Assembly: GCA_037440525.1 (NCBI GenBank)
Contig: JBBITW010000004.1
Span: 1-54,152 of the forward strand
Reading direction: 5' to 3'
DNA length: 54,152 nucleotides
Source of the DNA: Deltaproteobacteria bacterium
Lineage (GTDB): Bacteria > Desulfobacterota > BSN033 > UBA1163
Shown here: piece by piece, positions 1 through 8,300 of the stretch
How positions within the stretch are numbered: position 1 is the first letter of the stretch
Layout: the number at the start of each line of letters is the position of its first letter
Translations under genes and position numbers: made by a program
The notes under the pieces: model-generated
Databases searched by the model: none
What the model was told of the DNA's origin: nothing
Seen by the model: the letters and a program-made list of their open reading frames with translations, nothing else

Positions 1-6
1 AACTAT

Positions 7-64
7 GCCTAACAAATCACTCCAGCGGATGGCTGATAGCAACCGCTGATTTCAGGCGTTAGGG
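7..64 (+). repeat. attC-like integron recombination site
   Basis: 58-bp imperfect palindrome. GCCTAAC at 7-13 is an RYYYAAC-type inverse core. An inner stem CAGCGG/CCGCTG follows. GTTAGGG at 58-64 is a GTTRRRY-like core. The layout and the ..TCAGGCGTTAG.. end resemble classical 59-base elements as I recall them. Confidence 0.55.
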
Positions 65-80
65 CTGGGTAGAAAAAAAT

Positions 81-109
81 TTGACAAGAGTAAGAATCTC
101 CGCTATTAT
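81..109 (+). promoter_or_regulatory. sigma70-type promoter for brnTA
   Basis: TTGACA (81-86), 17-nt spacer, TATTAT (104-109), about 30 nt upstream of the brnT ATG. Confidence 0.5.
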
Positions 110-138
110 ATATCAGGGTATACAATAGGCACACATTC

Positions 139-438
139 ATGAAATATTTTGATTGGAATGATGAGAAGAATGAAATGCTTAAAAAAGTGCGTGGTGTGTC
201 GTTCGAACAGGTTGAATTAGCAATCGCATCAGGAGATTTGGTTGACCGGATTAAACATCCAAACCCTGCAAAATATCCGAATCAGAAGGTTTTCTTGGTT
301 AAGATTGAGAGTTATATCTATTCGGTGCCATATATTGAGGATGATGAGAAAATATTTCTGAAAACAATAATACCAAATACAAAGCAACAAAGAAGTTTTT
401 GGGAGGCAAGAAATGAAAAAACTAACGTATTTCGATAA
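139..438 (+). CDS. brnT: BrnT-family (DUF497) type II toxin ribonuclease
   Basis: 99-aa ORF. It has the N-terminal F-DWNDEKN..L...RGVSFE signature and a C-terminal ..IFLKTIIP.. segment typical of DUF497/BrnT. It overlaps the downstream antitoxin ORF by 26 nt. Confidence 0.85.
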   Translation: MKYFDWNDEKNEMLKKVRGVSFEQVELAIASGDLVDRIKHPNPAKYPNQKVFLVKIESYIYSVPYIEDDEKIFLKTIIPNTKQQRSFWEARNEKTNVFR

Positions 439-691
439 AGACGAAAAGGAATTGGCAAAATCAATTGAAAAAGAAGAATGGATTTCCACCCTCACTAAGA
501 AAGAAAAAAAGCAATACGCGGAATATGCTCGCTATAGCCTTAGCAAAAGAAAGCGAATTAATATTCGAATGAGTGAACGAGATCTAAAGAAAATTCAGGC
601 TAAAGCAATTGAAGAGGGAATACCGTATCAATCCCTCATATCAATGTTGATCCACAAATACAATGAAGGGAAAATATTGTTTAATCGATAA
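413..691 (+). CDS. brnA: BrnA-type / CopG-RHH antitoxin
   Basis: 92-aa ORF. The C-terminal KRINIRMSERDLKKIQAKAIEEGIPYQSLISMLIHKY matches the ribbon-helix-helix BrnA antitoxin pattern. It is paired with brnT. Confidence 0.85.
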   Translation: MKKLTYFDKDEKELAKSIEKEEWISTLTKKEKKQYAEYARYSLSKRKRINIRMSERDLKKIQAKAIEEGIPYQSLISMLIHKYNEGKILFNR

Positions 692-694
692 ACG

Positions 695-756
695 GCCTAA
701 CAACTCAATCAAGGCGACGGGGAATAGCCCGTTGCCTTTTTACGAGGCTGATTGCC
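695..756 (+). repeat. second attC-like site, degenerate at its 3' (R') end
   Basis: GCCTAAC at 695-701 is followed by the stem AAGGCGACGGG (711-721) / CCCGTTGCCTT (728-738). The expected GTTRRRY core is replaced by ..GGCTGATTGCC.. (747-757). Confidence 0.4.
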
Positions 757-850
757 CCATACCTTATTTTTATCGTTATAAACTAAATATTTGAAACTAT
801 GGCTTTCCATTATTAGCCAATTCAAGAATTCAAAATGTAATGTTTTTCGT

Positions 851-882
851 TTCCGCCATAAGCGGATCAGCCTCTGGCTGAA
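851..882 (+). repeat. short GC-rich palindromic repeat, family 2 (ttccgccaNaNgcggatcagc...)
   Basis: ttccgccataagcggatcagcctctggctgaa is 25/32 identical to 19647-19678 and 25/32 identical to 15981-16012. It contains the hairpin tcagcc-tct-ggctga. Confidence 0.55.
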
Positions 883-1059
883 ATTCCTGAATCCATCCTA
901 TCTCGATCAACCAAATTTTTCCCACTAAAAACCTTCTCCTCAACCCTCCGCTTATGGAAAAATTTTAAAAAATGAAAAAAAAGTCAAGAAAAATTTTTGC
1001 TGGCTTCCCTTGTTAAGAAACACACACTTTATAACAAAGAGATAGGGAGGTATTTTTCT

Positions 1060-1083
1060 CGGATCAGCTATTATGCTGATACC
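1060..1083 (+). repeat. partial family-2 repeat copy
   Basis: cggatcagc-tattat-gctgatacc shares the cggatcagc...gctga hairpin core with 862-882. Confidence 0.35.
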
Positions 1084-1135
1084 AGGATTGGGATAAGGAT
1101 CGAAGAGAGGATGAAGAAAGATAGGAGAGGAAAAG

Positions 1136-2032
1136 TTAAAAATTAACTTTCTCCATTCCCTTAAGCCTAAGAATCATGCGAGCTTCATCTGGAGTAGCTA
1201 TTTCTCTATCTAACTCTTGAGCGATCCTTACCACCTTTTCTACTATCTCGGCATTACTCTTAGCTAAAACACCCCTTCTCAAGAATATATTATCCTCAAA
1301 GCCAACTCTCACATGCCCTCCCATCATAATAGCGAGAGTAGCGATCCTAAATTCTGCAGGAAAACCTACTCCAATAACTGACCACTGATAATTGTTTGGG
1401 CCAAATAACCTATCCGCAGTATTTTTCATGTGAATAACATCTTCAGGAGTAGCCCCTATTGAACCCAGTGCCCCTGTAACAAACTGAATCCAAAGAGGAG
1501 GAGCAATCAGGCCCTTCCTAAAAAAATATGCGGTATTATAAATATGACTGACATCATAAACCTCATGCTCGGGTTTAGTACCGTTCTCCTTCATCGTTTG
1601 CATAAATATCTCTAAATCAGCGAAGGTATTTTTTAGGACAAAATCATCCATCATTTGTAAATAACTTTTTTCCCAATTATACTTATAATCTTCATCCTTA
1701 TACCTCTCGGCAATCGGACGTGCACTGAGGCTCACCGAACCCATATTGCATGATGCAAGTTCGGGCTTAAACAAAGGCACAACCTTAAGTCTCTCCTTCG
1801 TATCAAAACCAGAACCACCTCCTGTTGTAATACCGATGACTACATTGCTTCGATCCTTTATTCTGGTAATGATATTTTTATATATTTCTAAATCAACCGA
1901 TGGACTACCGTCCTTCGGATTACGTGCATGGATATGAACACACGCCGCCCCAGCTTGAGCAGACCTCACTGCTTCATCTGCGATCTGTTCAGGAGTTATA
2001 GGAAGGTATGGTGTCTGGGTTGATAAAGTCAA
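1136..2032 (-). CDS. 3-keto-5-aminohexanoate cleavage enzyme family (BKACE/DUF849) protein, possibly 5'-truncated
   Basis: 298 aa. It carries PYLPITPEQIA..A..AGAA.VHIHAR, ITTGGG and GGHVRVGFEDN motifs typical of BKACE TIM-barrel enzymes. The start is TTG. Confidence 0.8.
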   Translation of the reverse strand: MTLSTQTPYLPITPEQIADEAVRSAQAGAACVHIHARNPKDGSPSVDLEIYKNIITRIKDRSNVVIGITTGGGSGFDTKERLKVVPLFKPELASCNMGSVSLSARPIAERYKDEDYKYNWEKSYLQMMDDFVLKNTFADLEIFMQTMKENGTKPEHEVYDVSHIYNTAYFFRKGLIAPPLWIQFVTGALGSIGATPEDVIHMKNTADRLFGPNNYQWSVIGVGFPAEFRIATLAIMMGGHVRVGFEDNIFLRRGVLAKSNAEIVEKVVRIAQELDREIATPDEARMILRLKGMEKVNF

Positions 2033-2102
2033 CAGTCTCTTTTGAGGTCTTTGAAAAATTGATTAATCGATTATCTGAAATCAGTAGAACTGGTTCATTC
2101 AC

Positions 2103-4043
2103 CTACCTCATTTTATTTCTCAAATAATTTGTTACGCCACCTTCCTTTAGCATAAGCCTATCAAAATCTGAAACCTCAAGCAATGTATCAAAAACAAAAT
2201 CCCTATCTTCTACCTTCACCCTTACCTCACCTTTTTCAATCTTTCTGTAGAGATCATCGATCTTTAAGAGATCTCCCTCTTCAATCTTCTCATAATCATC
2301 CTTATTCTTAAAAATCAGAGGTAGTATCCCATAATTTATCAAATTCTCTTTATGAATCCTTGCATATGATTTTGCAATTACTACCTCCACACCAAGAAAC
2401 ATTGGCAGAAGTGCTGCATGCTCTCTGCTCGAGCCCTGTCCATAATTCTCTCCACCAATTATTATAGAACTCTTAAAATTTTTTGCCCTCTTAGCAAATG
2501 TGGGATCGATATGAAAAAAGGTATATTCAGCCAATCTTGGTGTATTAGAGATATATTTCAGGATTTCCATCCCGGTGGGAATAATATCGTCGGTCGTAAT
2601 GTTATCTCCGAGTTTTATTACAACCTTCGCCTCAATATTATCTCTCAATGGACCTCTTTTGGACAGAGGGACAATATTATTTCCTCTGATGATTTCAACC
2701 TTCTTATTATCGTCTATATCATCAGGAGTAATGAACATACTATCTTCTATGATATACCTTGCTGGTTCACGAAAGTCCCAAAGAATATCTGGATCAATAA
2801 TCTCTCGTGGATCTGTAATTCTTCCAGTGATTGCTGTTGCGGAAGCCGTTTCCGGGCTTGAAAGATATACGAAGGCATCACTTGTACCACTTCGACCCTG
2901 GAAATTGCGATTAGAAGTCCTCAGTGAAATCCCTCTTGCAGGTGGGACCTGACCAATACCCGCACATGGACCACAGGAGCATTCAAGTATTCTCGCCCCT
3001 GCCTCTACAAGATCTGCCAGTATTCCGTCTTTAATGAGATGAAGAAGAATCTGCCTCGAACCCGGTGCAATATATAAATCAATATCCTTATGGACCTTTT
3101 TGCCTTTTAGTATCCTCGCAGCCTTCTTAATATCCAGGTAAGATGAATTTGTGCAACTTCCAATGAATACAGAATTTGGTCTTACATCACCCAATTCTTT
3201 GACCTTTACAACCAGATCAGGCATATGAGGCTTTGCTACCAATGGCTCGAGTTCATCAAGATTAATCTCCATGATCCTGTCATATTCAGCATCTTTATCT
3301 GGTAATAACTCTAACCAATCCCCTTCCCTGCCCTGAGCCCTGAGAAATTCATAAGCGATTTTATCACTCGGAAAGATACCTGCCGTTGCACCTACCTCAA
3401 TACTCATATTCGCAATTGTTGCCCTCTCCGGGATAGATAGGGATTCAATTCCATCACCACTGTATTCCAGGATGTAACCTGTTCCACCTTTTACAGATAG
3501 AATCCTTAATAACTCCAGGGCTATGTCCTTTGCTGAGACAGGAGGTTTAAGCCTTCCAATAAGTTTAATATTAAAAACCTTTGGTGAGACCATCCTGAAC
3601 CCCTCTCCCAACATGCATTTAGAAACGCTAAGCCCTCCACTTCCTATTGCCAACATACCGAGTGCGCCCGAGGTTGGAGTATGGCTATCAGCACCAATTA
3701 GAACCTCTCCAGGTCTGGCAAACCTCTGCAGATGAAGGATATGACAGATCCCATTGCCAGGTTTTGAATAATAGGCCCCATATCTCTGAGCAACTGTTTT
3801 AAGATATAAATGGTCGTCTGAATTTTCAGTTGAAGTTGCCAGTGTGTTATGATCACAATAAAAAATTGCTCTCTCCGTCCTTACCTTATCAGGATTCACA
3901 CTCTCAAGCATCAATGCAGCCATTATTCCAGTTAAATCATGGCATAATGTCTGATCTACCCTGATTGTAATCTGCTCATTTTCGATCATTTTCCCTTCTA
4001 TTATGTGGCTCATTAGAATCTTTTTTGTAATGCTTAATCCCAT
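2103..4043 (-). CDS. aconitate hydratase family protein (about 646-aa single-chain type)
   Basis: Motifs seen: GADSHT, IGSCTNSS, CGPCAGIGQ and SNRNFQGR Fe-S/substrate motifs, plus the C-terminal swivel-domain motif GENYGQGSSREHAA. Confidence 0.9.
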   Translation of the reverse strand: MGLSITKKILMSHIIEGKMIENEQITIRVDQTLCHDLTGIMAALMLESVNPDKVRTERAIFYCDHNTLATSTENSDDHLYLKTVAQRYGAYYSKPGNGICHILHLQRFARPGEVLIGADSHTPTSGALGMLAIGSGGLSVSKCMLGEGFRMVSPKVFNIKLIGRLKPPVSAKDIALELLRILSVKGGTGYILEYSGDGIESLSIPERATIANMSIEVGATAGIFPSDKIAYEFLRAQGREGDWLELLPDKDAEYDRIMEINLDELEPLVAKPHMPDLVVKVKELGDVRPNSVFIGSCTNSSYLDIKKAARILKGKKVHKDIDLYIAPGSRQILLHLIKDGILADLVEAGARILECSCGPCAGIGQVPPARGISLRTSNRNFQGRSGTSDAFVYLSSPETASATAITGRITDPREIIDPDILWDFREPARYIIEDSMFITPDDIDDNKKVEIIRGNNIVPLSKRGPLRDNIEAKVVIKLGDNITTDDIIPTGMEILKYISNTPRLAEYTFFHIDPTFAKRAKNFKSSIIIGGENYGQGSSREHAALLPMFLGVEVVIAKSYARIHKENLINYGILPLIFKNKDDYEKIEEGDLLKIDDLYRKIEKGEVRVKVEDRDFVFDTLLEVSDFDRLMLKEGGVTNYLRNKMR

Positions 4044-4270
4044 GGACGATCCTCCTTAAGTTCTTTATTTTCCTGGGTTTCACGGAATTCATAACCCATT
4101 GATATTAAGAATATATTTTAAACAATATCTTTTGAATTGCTTCCTACAAGAATTTTAATTTATCTCCAATTACTTACACTCTCTAAAACCCCCCTAAAAA
4201 TCCTCTTTTCTCACAACTTTCTATGGGGGTTGAAGGCAATTTTTTACTCTCCTTACTTCTTCTCCCCCAA

Positions 4271-4341
4271 TGAGGCTGTGTCGTAATGTTATTCTTAGAT
4301 TCCTCGCTCCGCTCGGAATGACAAAAATGACATACACCTCA
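4271..4341 (+). repeat. dispersed nested-palindrome repeat, family 1 (core tagattcctcgctYcgctcggaatgaca)
   Basis: Core at 4296-4323. The flank tgaggctgtgtcgtaatg is shared with the copy at 21134-21217. It lies downstream of the MBL gene. Confidence 0.6.
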
Positions 4342-4372
4342 TTCTTTATTTTCCAATAATTAAAGGTATAAT

Positions 4373-5056
4373 TTAGCCAACACCATATTGCCGGCGGTAA
4401 TAGAGAATATAATTTCTAACATCCTTCTTTGTTTTAAATATGCCAAAATGGCCTTCACATAATATATCAGCATCAAGATCGAGAAGCCTTTTTGTTGAAC
4501 TATCCCAATCCTCGATATTTGATCCAAATTCCTCAAGAAGAGGGCCATGAAGATCCTGGGCAAAAAGAACCTTTTTCCCATCTTTTTCCAGGTATATAGA
4601 TATTGACCCTGGGGTATGACCAGGTGTATGGAGGCAGTGTATATTATGCTTTCCAATTCTCAATATCTCCTCATCTGAGTGGAACTTAAAATCCACCTTA
4701 GTAGCTGGAAAATTTATTTGATAAAATTTTGAAGCGGTCAATATCTGGTCTCCATTTTCTAATGGAGGGGCATCCAAGGTATGAATATATATCTTCGCTT
4801 CGAACCTCCTTTTAAATTCCCTAACCCCTCCGATATGATCAATGTGGCAGTGAGTGAGTATAATATCTTTTATACCATTTGGATTTAGACCTAAGTTATT
4901 AATATTATTGATAATTTTATCAACACTTCCTCCTGCCCCCGTATCAATCAAAACCATTTCCTCAAAATTTAATAGATAGACACATCCATCTTTGGGGTCT
5001 GTGATCTCAGGACCTCCTACAATATAAATTTTATTAATAATTTCAAATGGTTTCAT
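4373..5056 (-). CDS. MBL-fold metallo-hydrolase
   Basis: 227 aa with the HxHxDH motif THCHIDHIGG and downstream His/Asp ligand positions. Its start overlaps the stop of the upstream gene (ATGA). Confidence 0.85.
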   Translation of the reverse strand: MKPFEIINKIYIVGGPEITDPKDGCVYLLNFEEMVLIDTGAGGSVDKIINNINNLGLNPNGIKDIILTHCHIDHIGGVREFKRRFEAKIYIHTLDAPPLENGDQILTASKFYQINFPATKVDFKFHSDEEILRIGKHNIHCLHTPGHTPGSISIYLEKDGKKVLFAQDLHGPLLEEFGSNIEDWDSSTKRLLDLDADILCEGHFGIFKTKKDVRNYILYYRRQYGVG

Positions 5057-6381
5057 ATGCTATACCCTTTTAAATCCTTCTTTAATCTCCTATAATCCCC
5101 TATGGTGAATCCCTCCCACTGGCAGGGGATTATTGAATTGTTATGAAATAATGGTTCATTCTCAAGGTCAAATTCGGAAAATTTCTTTGCCTTTTCAAAT
5201 AGTTTTGTCTTCGGAACAGGAGAGTATTCAACGAGGATTGGCTTTGCACCAGCACTTTTTACAAACTCTATACTATCTTTCACCTCTTCCACCCTTTGGC
5301 CTGGCAAGCCTGCCATAATATATACGCCAATCTCTCCTCCTGAGTAACCAGCCTTTTTTAAATATTTTATGGCATTAAGGAAATCCTTATTACTCACCTT
5401 TCCTCCGCTCTCAATCTGCCTCTCTTCATTTGATGTTTCAAAACCAAGTCTAATATTCTTAAACCCACCCCTGAATAGAAGGCTTGCTACCTCTTCGTCT
5501 ATTGCCTTTACATGAAGGCCATTTGGCGTATGAAAATTACACCGTATACCACTTTTAATTAAATCCTTCATCATAGGAATAAAATAATTTGAGGCCTCAA
5601 GAAGCAGTGCATCATCAAAAAAGGCAATATTTTCAACATGATAATCTTTTACCCAATATTCTATCTCACTAACAACATTTTTTGGATCTCTTCTTATAAA
5701 CCCTTTTGATAAGATTGGTGATGCACAGTAAATACATCTAAAAGGACAACCCCTTGAAGTAAGAAGAGAGATATAATGAAGTTGGTTATATAATTCAAAG
5801 GAAGGATATGGTAATTGATCAATATTAAATTCAAATTGTGTTATGGGAAATTGGGTTATTTCAGAAATAATTTTGAGTGCATCTACCTCATTTCCACTTT
5901 TAAACACAATATCTGCACCCGAATACTTCACTGCATGTTCATAACACAATGTTGCATATATCCCTCCTAATAGGATGGGAATATCTTTAAAGAATTTTTT
6001 AATAATTTCAATTAATTTAAAAACACCAATATACCAGTAGGTCATCCCTGAACTTATACATACCAAATCAGGCCTTTCAATAGAAGAAAATCTTTTCAAC
6101 AACAATTCTTCAGGAATTCCATATTGACTCAGATTACGTGGTATCTTTCTTAGAGGGCCAGGTTTTTCCACAATCGTTTTAAAAAATTTCCCATCCCCAT
6201 ATTCTTTAACCCTTTTATAATAATCGAGGCAATCAATTAAGGTTACATGAAAACCATTTCTCCTCAAAAGGCTTGCTATGTAGAGGAGTCCAAGGGGTTT
6301 AATCCAGAAATTGTATGCTGAAAAATCCACAATCCATGGATTGACGAGAAGTATATTTGGATTATGTTTCACGTGAAACAT
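5053..6381 (-). CDS. B12-binding-domain radical SAM protein (class B-like)
   Basis: 442 aa. The N-terminal Rossmann-like segment (NILLVNPW...GLLYIASLLRRNGFHVTLID) is followed by the CxxxCxxC cluster RGCPFRCIYC. Confidence 0.85.
   Translation of the reverse strand: MFHVKHNPNILLVNPWIVDFSAYNFWIKPLGLLYIASLLRRNGFHVTLIDCLDYYKRVKEYGDGKFFKTIVEKPGPLRKIPRNLSQYGIPEELLLKRFSSIERPDLVCISSGMTYWYIGVFKLIEIIKKFFKDIPILLGGIYATLCYEHAVKYSGADIVFKSGNEVDALKIISEITQFPITQFEFNIDQLPYPSFELYNQLHYISLLTSRGCPFRCIYCASPILSKGFIRRDPKNVVSEIEYWVKDYHVENIAFFDDALLLEASNYFIPMMKDLIKSGIRCNFHTPNGLHVKAIDEEVASLLFRGGFKNIRLGFETSNEERQIESGGKVSNKDFLNAIKYLKKAGYSGGEIGVYIMAGLPGQRVEEVKDSIEFVKSAGAKPILVEYSPVPKTKLFEKAKKFSEFDLENEPLFHNNSIIPCQWEGFTIGDYRRLKKDLKGYSI
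6364..6381. other. 18-bp perfect palindrome at the mnmE stop / radical-SAM start junction
   Basis: atgtttcac|gtgaaacat is self-complementary. It contains the radical-SAM ATG (6379-6381, minus strand) and a CACGTG centre. Confidence 0.6.
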
Positions 6382-7805
6382 TATTTTCCGATACAGAATT
6401 GTTCAAAGATTCTATTAAGTACCTCTTCAGTTGTGGTTTCACCTACAAGCTCTCCAAGGCAATCAAGTGAAGAACGTATATCAAATACAATAAATTCCAG
6501 CGGTATACCATCTCTCAACCCCTTTAATCCATCGGAAAGATTCTCTTTTACCATAGAGAGTAGGGTTTTATGGCGAATATTTGATAGGATAAGATTTTCG
6601 GAGTTAATTTTTATATCCTTATGAATGATAGAATTATAAATTGACCTTTTTAGTACCTCAATTCCCTCATTTTTCAGAGCCGAAATCTGAACAATCTCTT
6701 CCTCCTCTTCTAATAGCTCCCTTTTTAAATCATTGAAGTCAATTTTTTTTGGAAGATCGATTTTATTTATAATTATAATCTTTCGTTTTTCCTTAACTTC
6801 CTGAAATATATCTTTATCATCCTGATCAAGTGGTCTGCTTCCATCAATCATTAAAAGGATGAGATCAGCATCTTTAAGCCTCTGCCTTGCCCTTCTTTGA
6901 CCTTCGAGTTCTAAAAAATCATTTGCCTTTCTCAGACCTGCTGTGTCAATCAAACGAACAGGGATCCCATGGATATTTAGAACCTCTTCAATCACATCTC
7001 TTGTGGTGCCAGGGATTGGCGTAACTATTGCCCTATCCTCTTTTAGCAATACATTTAAAAGGCTCGATTTTCCAACATTCGTCTTTCCCACTATAGCACA
7101 AGATATCCCTTCTCTAAATACCCTTCCCTCCTCAAAGGAAGATATCCATTGATCGAGCTTCTGGATAATCTTTTTAAAGTCATCCTCAATCTCTCCCAAA
7201 TGAATTGGGTCTATATCCTCCTCGGGAAAATCTATATGCGCCTCCATTAAAATCAAATGTTCAATAAGCCTTTCTTTGATGGAATTTATCTCTTTAAATA
7301 TCATCCCCCTTAGTTGCTGATTTGCAATCTCAAGGCCTTTAATTGTCTTTGCTTTTATTAGATCAATAACTGCCTCTGCTTGAGTTAAATCTATCCTTCC
7401 GTTTAAAAAAGCCCTTTTTGTAAACTCTCCGGGTTCTGCCAATCTTGCCCCTTCTCTTAATGTTAATTCCAATACCTTTTGCAATACAAAATAACCACCA
7501 TGACAATGTATCTCAACGATATCTTCACGCGTATAGGTCTTCGGCGCCCTCATTAGAACAAGGAGAACTTCATCAACTGTCATTCCATTTTGAGGATCAA
7601 TTATCTCACCATAATGGAATTGATGAGAGATTAAGAATGGCAGGTCCTTCTTAGGTTTAAATATTCTCTTTGCAATTGTCTCTGATAATTGACCACTTAA
7701 ACGAACAATCCCAATCCCGCTCTCCCCAAATGGGGTTGAGATTGCTGCAATTGTCTCTTCTTCCTTTGATATCTTCTTTAAGGAAGGCTCGAGGATTCTA
7801 TTCAA
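6381..7805 (-). CDS. mnmE: tRNA modification GTPase MnmE (TrmE)
   Basis: 474 aa with the G1 motif GKTNVGKSSLLN, DTAG, NKIDL, and the hallmark C-terminal CIGK. Confidence 0.95.
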   Translation of the reverse strand: MNRILEPSLKKISKEEETIAAISTPFGESGIGIVRLSGQLSETIAKRIFKPKKDLPFLISHQFHYGEIIDPQNGMTVDEVLLVLMRAPKTYTREDIVEIHCHGGYFVLQKVLELTLREGARLAEPGEFTKRAFLNGRIDLTQAEAVIDLIKAKTIKGLEIANQQLRGMIFKEINSIKERLIEHLILMEAHIDFPEEDIDPIHLGEIEDDFKKIIQKLDQWISSFEEGRVFREGISCAIVGKTNVGKSSLLNVLLKEDRAIVTPIPGTTRDVIEEVLNIHGIPVRLIDTAGLRKANDFLELEGQRRARQRLKDADLILLMIDGSRPLDQDDKDIFQEVKEKRKIIIINKIDLPKKIDFNDLKRELLEEEEEIVQISALKNEGIEVLKRSIYNSIIHKDIKINSENLILSNIRHKTLLSMVKENLSDGLKGLRDGIPLEFIVFDIRSSLDCLGELVGETTTEEVLNRIFEQFCIGK

Positions 7806-7834
7806 ATGATTTAACTCTTAAAAAATTAAATTTT

Positions 7835-8290
7835 TTATATCTTCTTAGGTGAAATCCTTATCTTCTTCATTTCACCTTCACCGAAACTCTCTGTTTTAAG
7901 CGAGGACTCATCTTTAAGGGCCATGTGAATAATCCTTCGGTCATGAGCATTAAAAGGCCCAATAATTATTGACTTTCCTATCCTTTTTGCCCTCTCTCCC
8001 AAACGAGTGGCCATCTTTTTTAATGAGTCAGACCTTCGTGCTTTGTAGTTGTTCACATCCAAATCAATCTTTATTGGTTCCTTCAATTGCTTATTGACCA
8101 TTCTATTTATAAGAAATTGAAGCGAATCCAATGTCCGACCATGCTTTCCAATAATGAATCCTTCTCTATCCCCCCTTATTTCAAGATAAAGAGATCCTTC
8201 TTTGAAAAATCCTTCCACTTCTGTTTTTAGATCCATTCTTTCAAGCAACCCTATCGTCATTTCTTTCGCAAGCTTAACCTTCTCTTCCAA
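7835..8290 (-). CDS. jag: Jag/KhpB-like RNA-binding protein (KH + R3H domains)
   Basis: 151 aa with the KH GxxG motif (IGKHGRTLDSLQ) and the R3H motif (HDRRIIHMAL). It sits in the conserved position downstream of yidC. Confidence 0.8.
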   Translation of the reverse strand: MEEKVKLAKEMTIGLLERMDLKTEVEGFFKEGSLYLEIRGDREGFIIGKHGRTLDSLQFLINRMVNKQLKEPIKIDLDVNNYKARRSDSLKKMATRLGERAKRIGKSIIIGPFNAHDRRIIHMALKDESSLKTESFGEGEMKKIRISPKKI

Positions 8291-8300
8291 TTTCTATATT

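Larger units (their letters stand above)
59..756 (+). mobile_element. putative integron gene cassette carrying brnT-brnA, bounded by two attC-like sites
   Basis: An attC-like site lies upstream (7-64). A second one starts 4 nt after the brnA stop (695-756). The cargo has its own promoter, as is usual for TA cassettes in sedentary chromosomal integrons. Confidence 0.4.

Noticed and set aside
757-1135. A possible second, ORF-less integron cassette after the BrnTA cassette.
   Set aside because: I could find no terminal attC-like site with RYYYAAC...GTTRRRY ends. Only family-2 hairpin repeats are present. I treat it as a non-coding repeat-rich spacer.
4044-6381. The radical SAM + MBL pair considered as a RiPP or other natural-product cluster with a hidden precursor peptide.
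   Set aside because: The only small ORF-like string downstream (M..SFLSFRAERGI) is encoded by the dispersed family-1 repeat itself. No leader or core-peptide-like ORF, transporter or protease is present.
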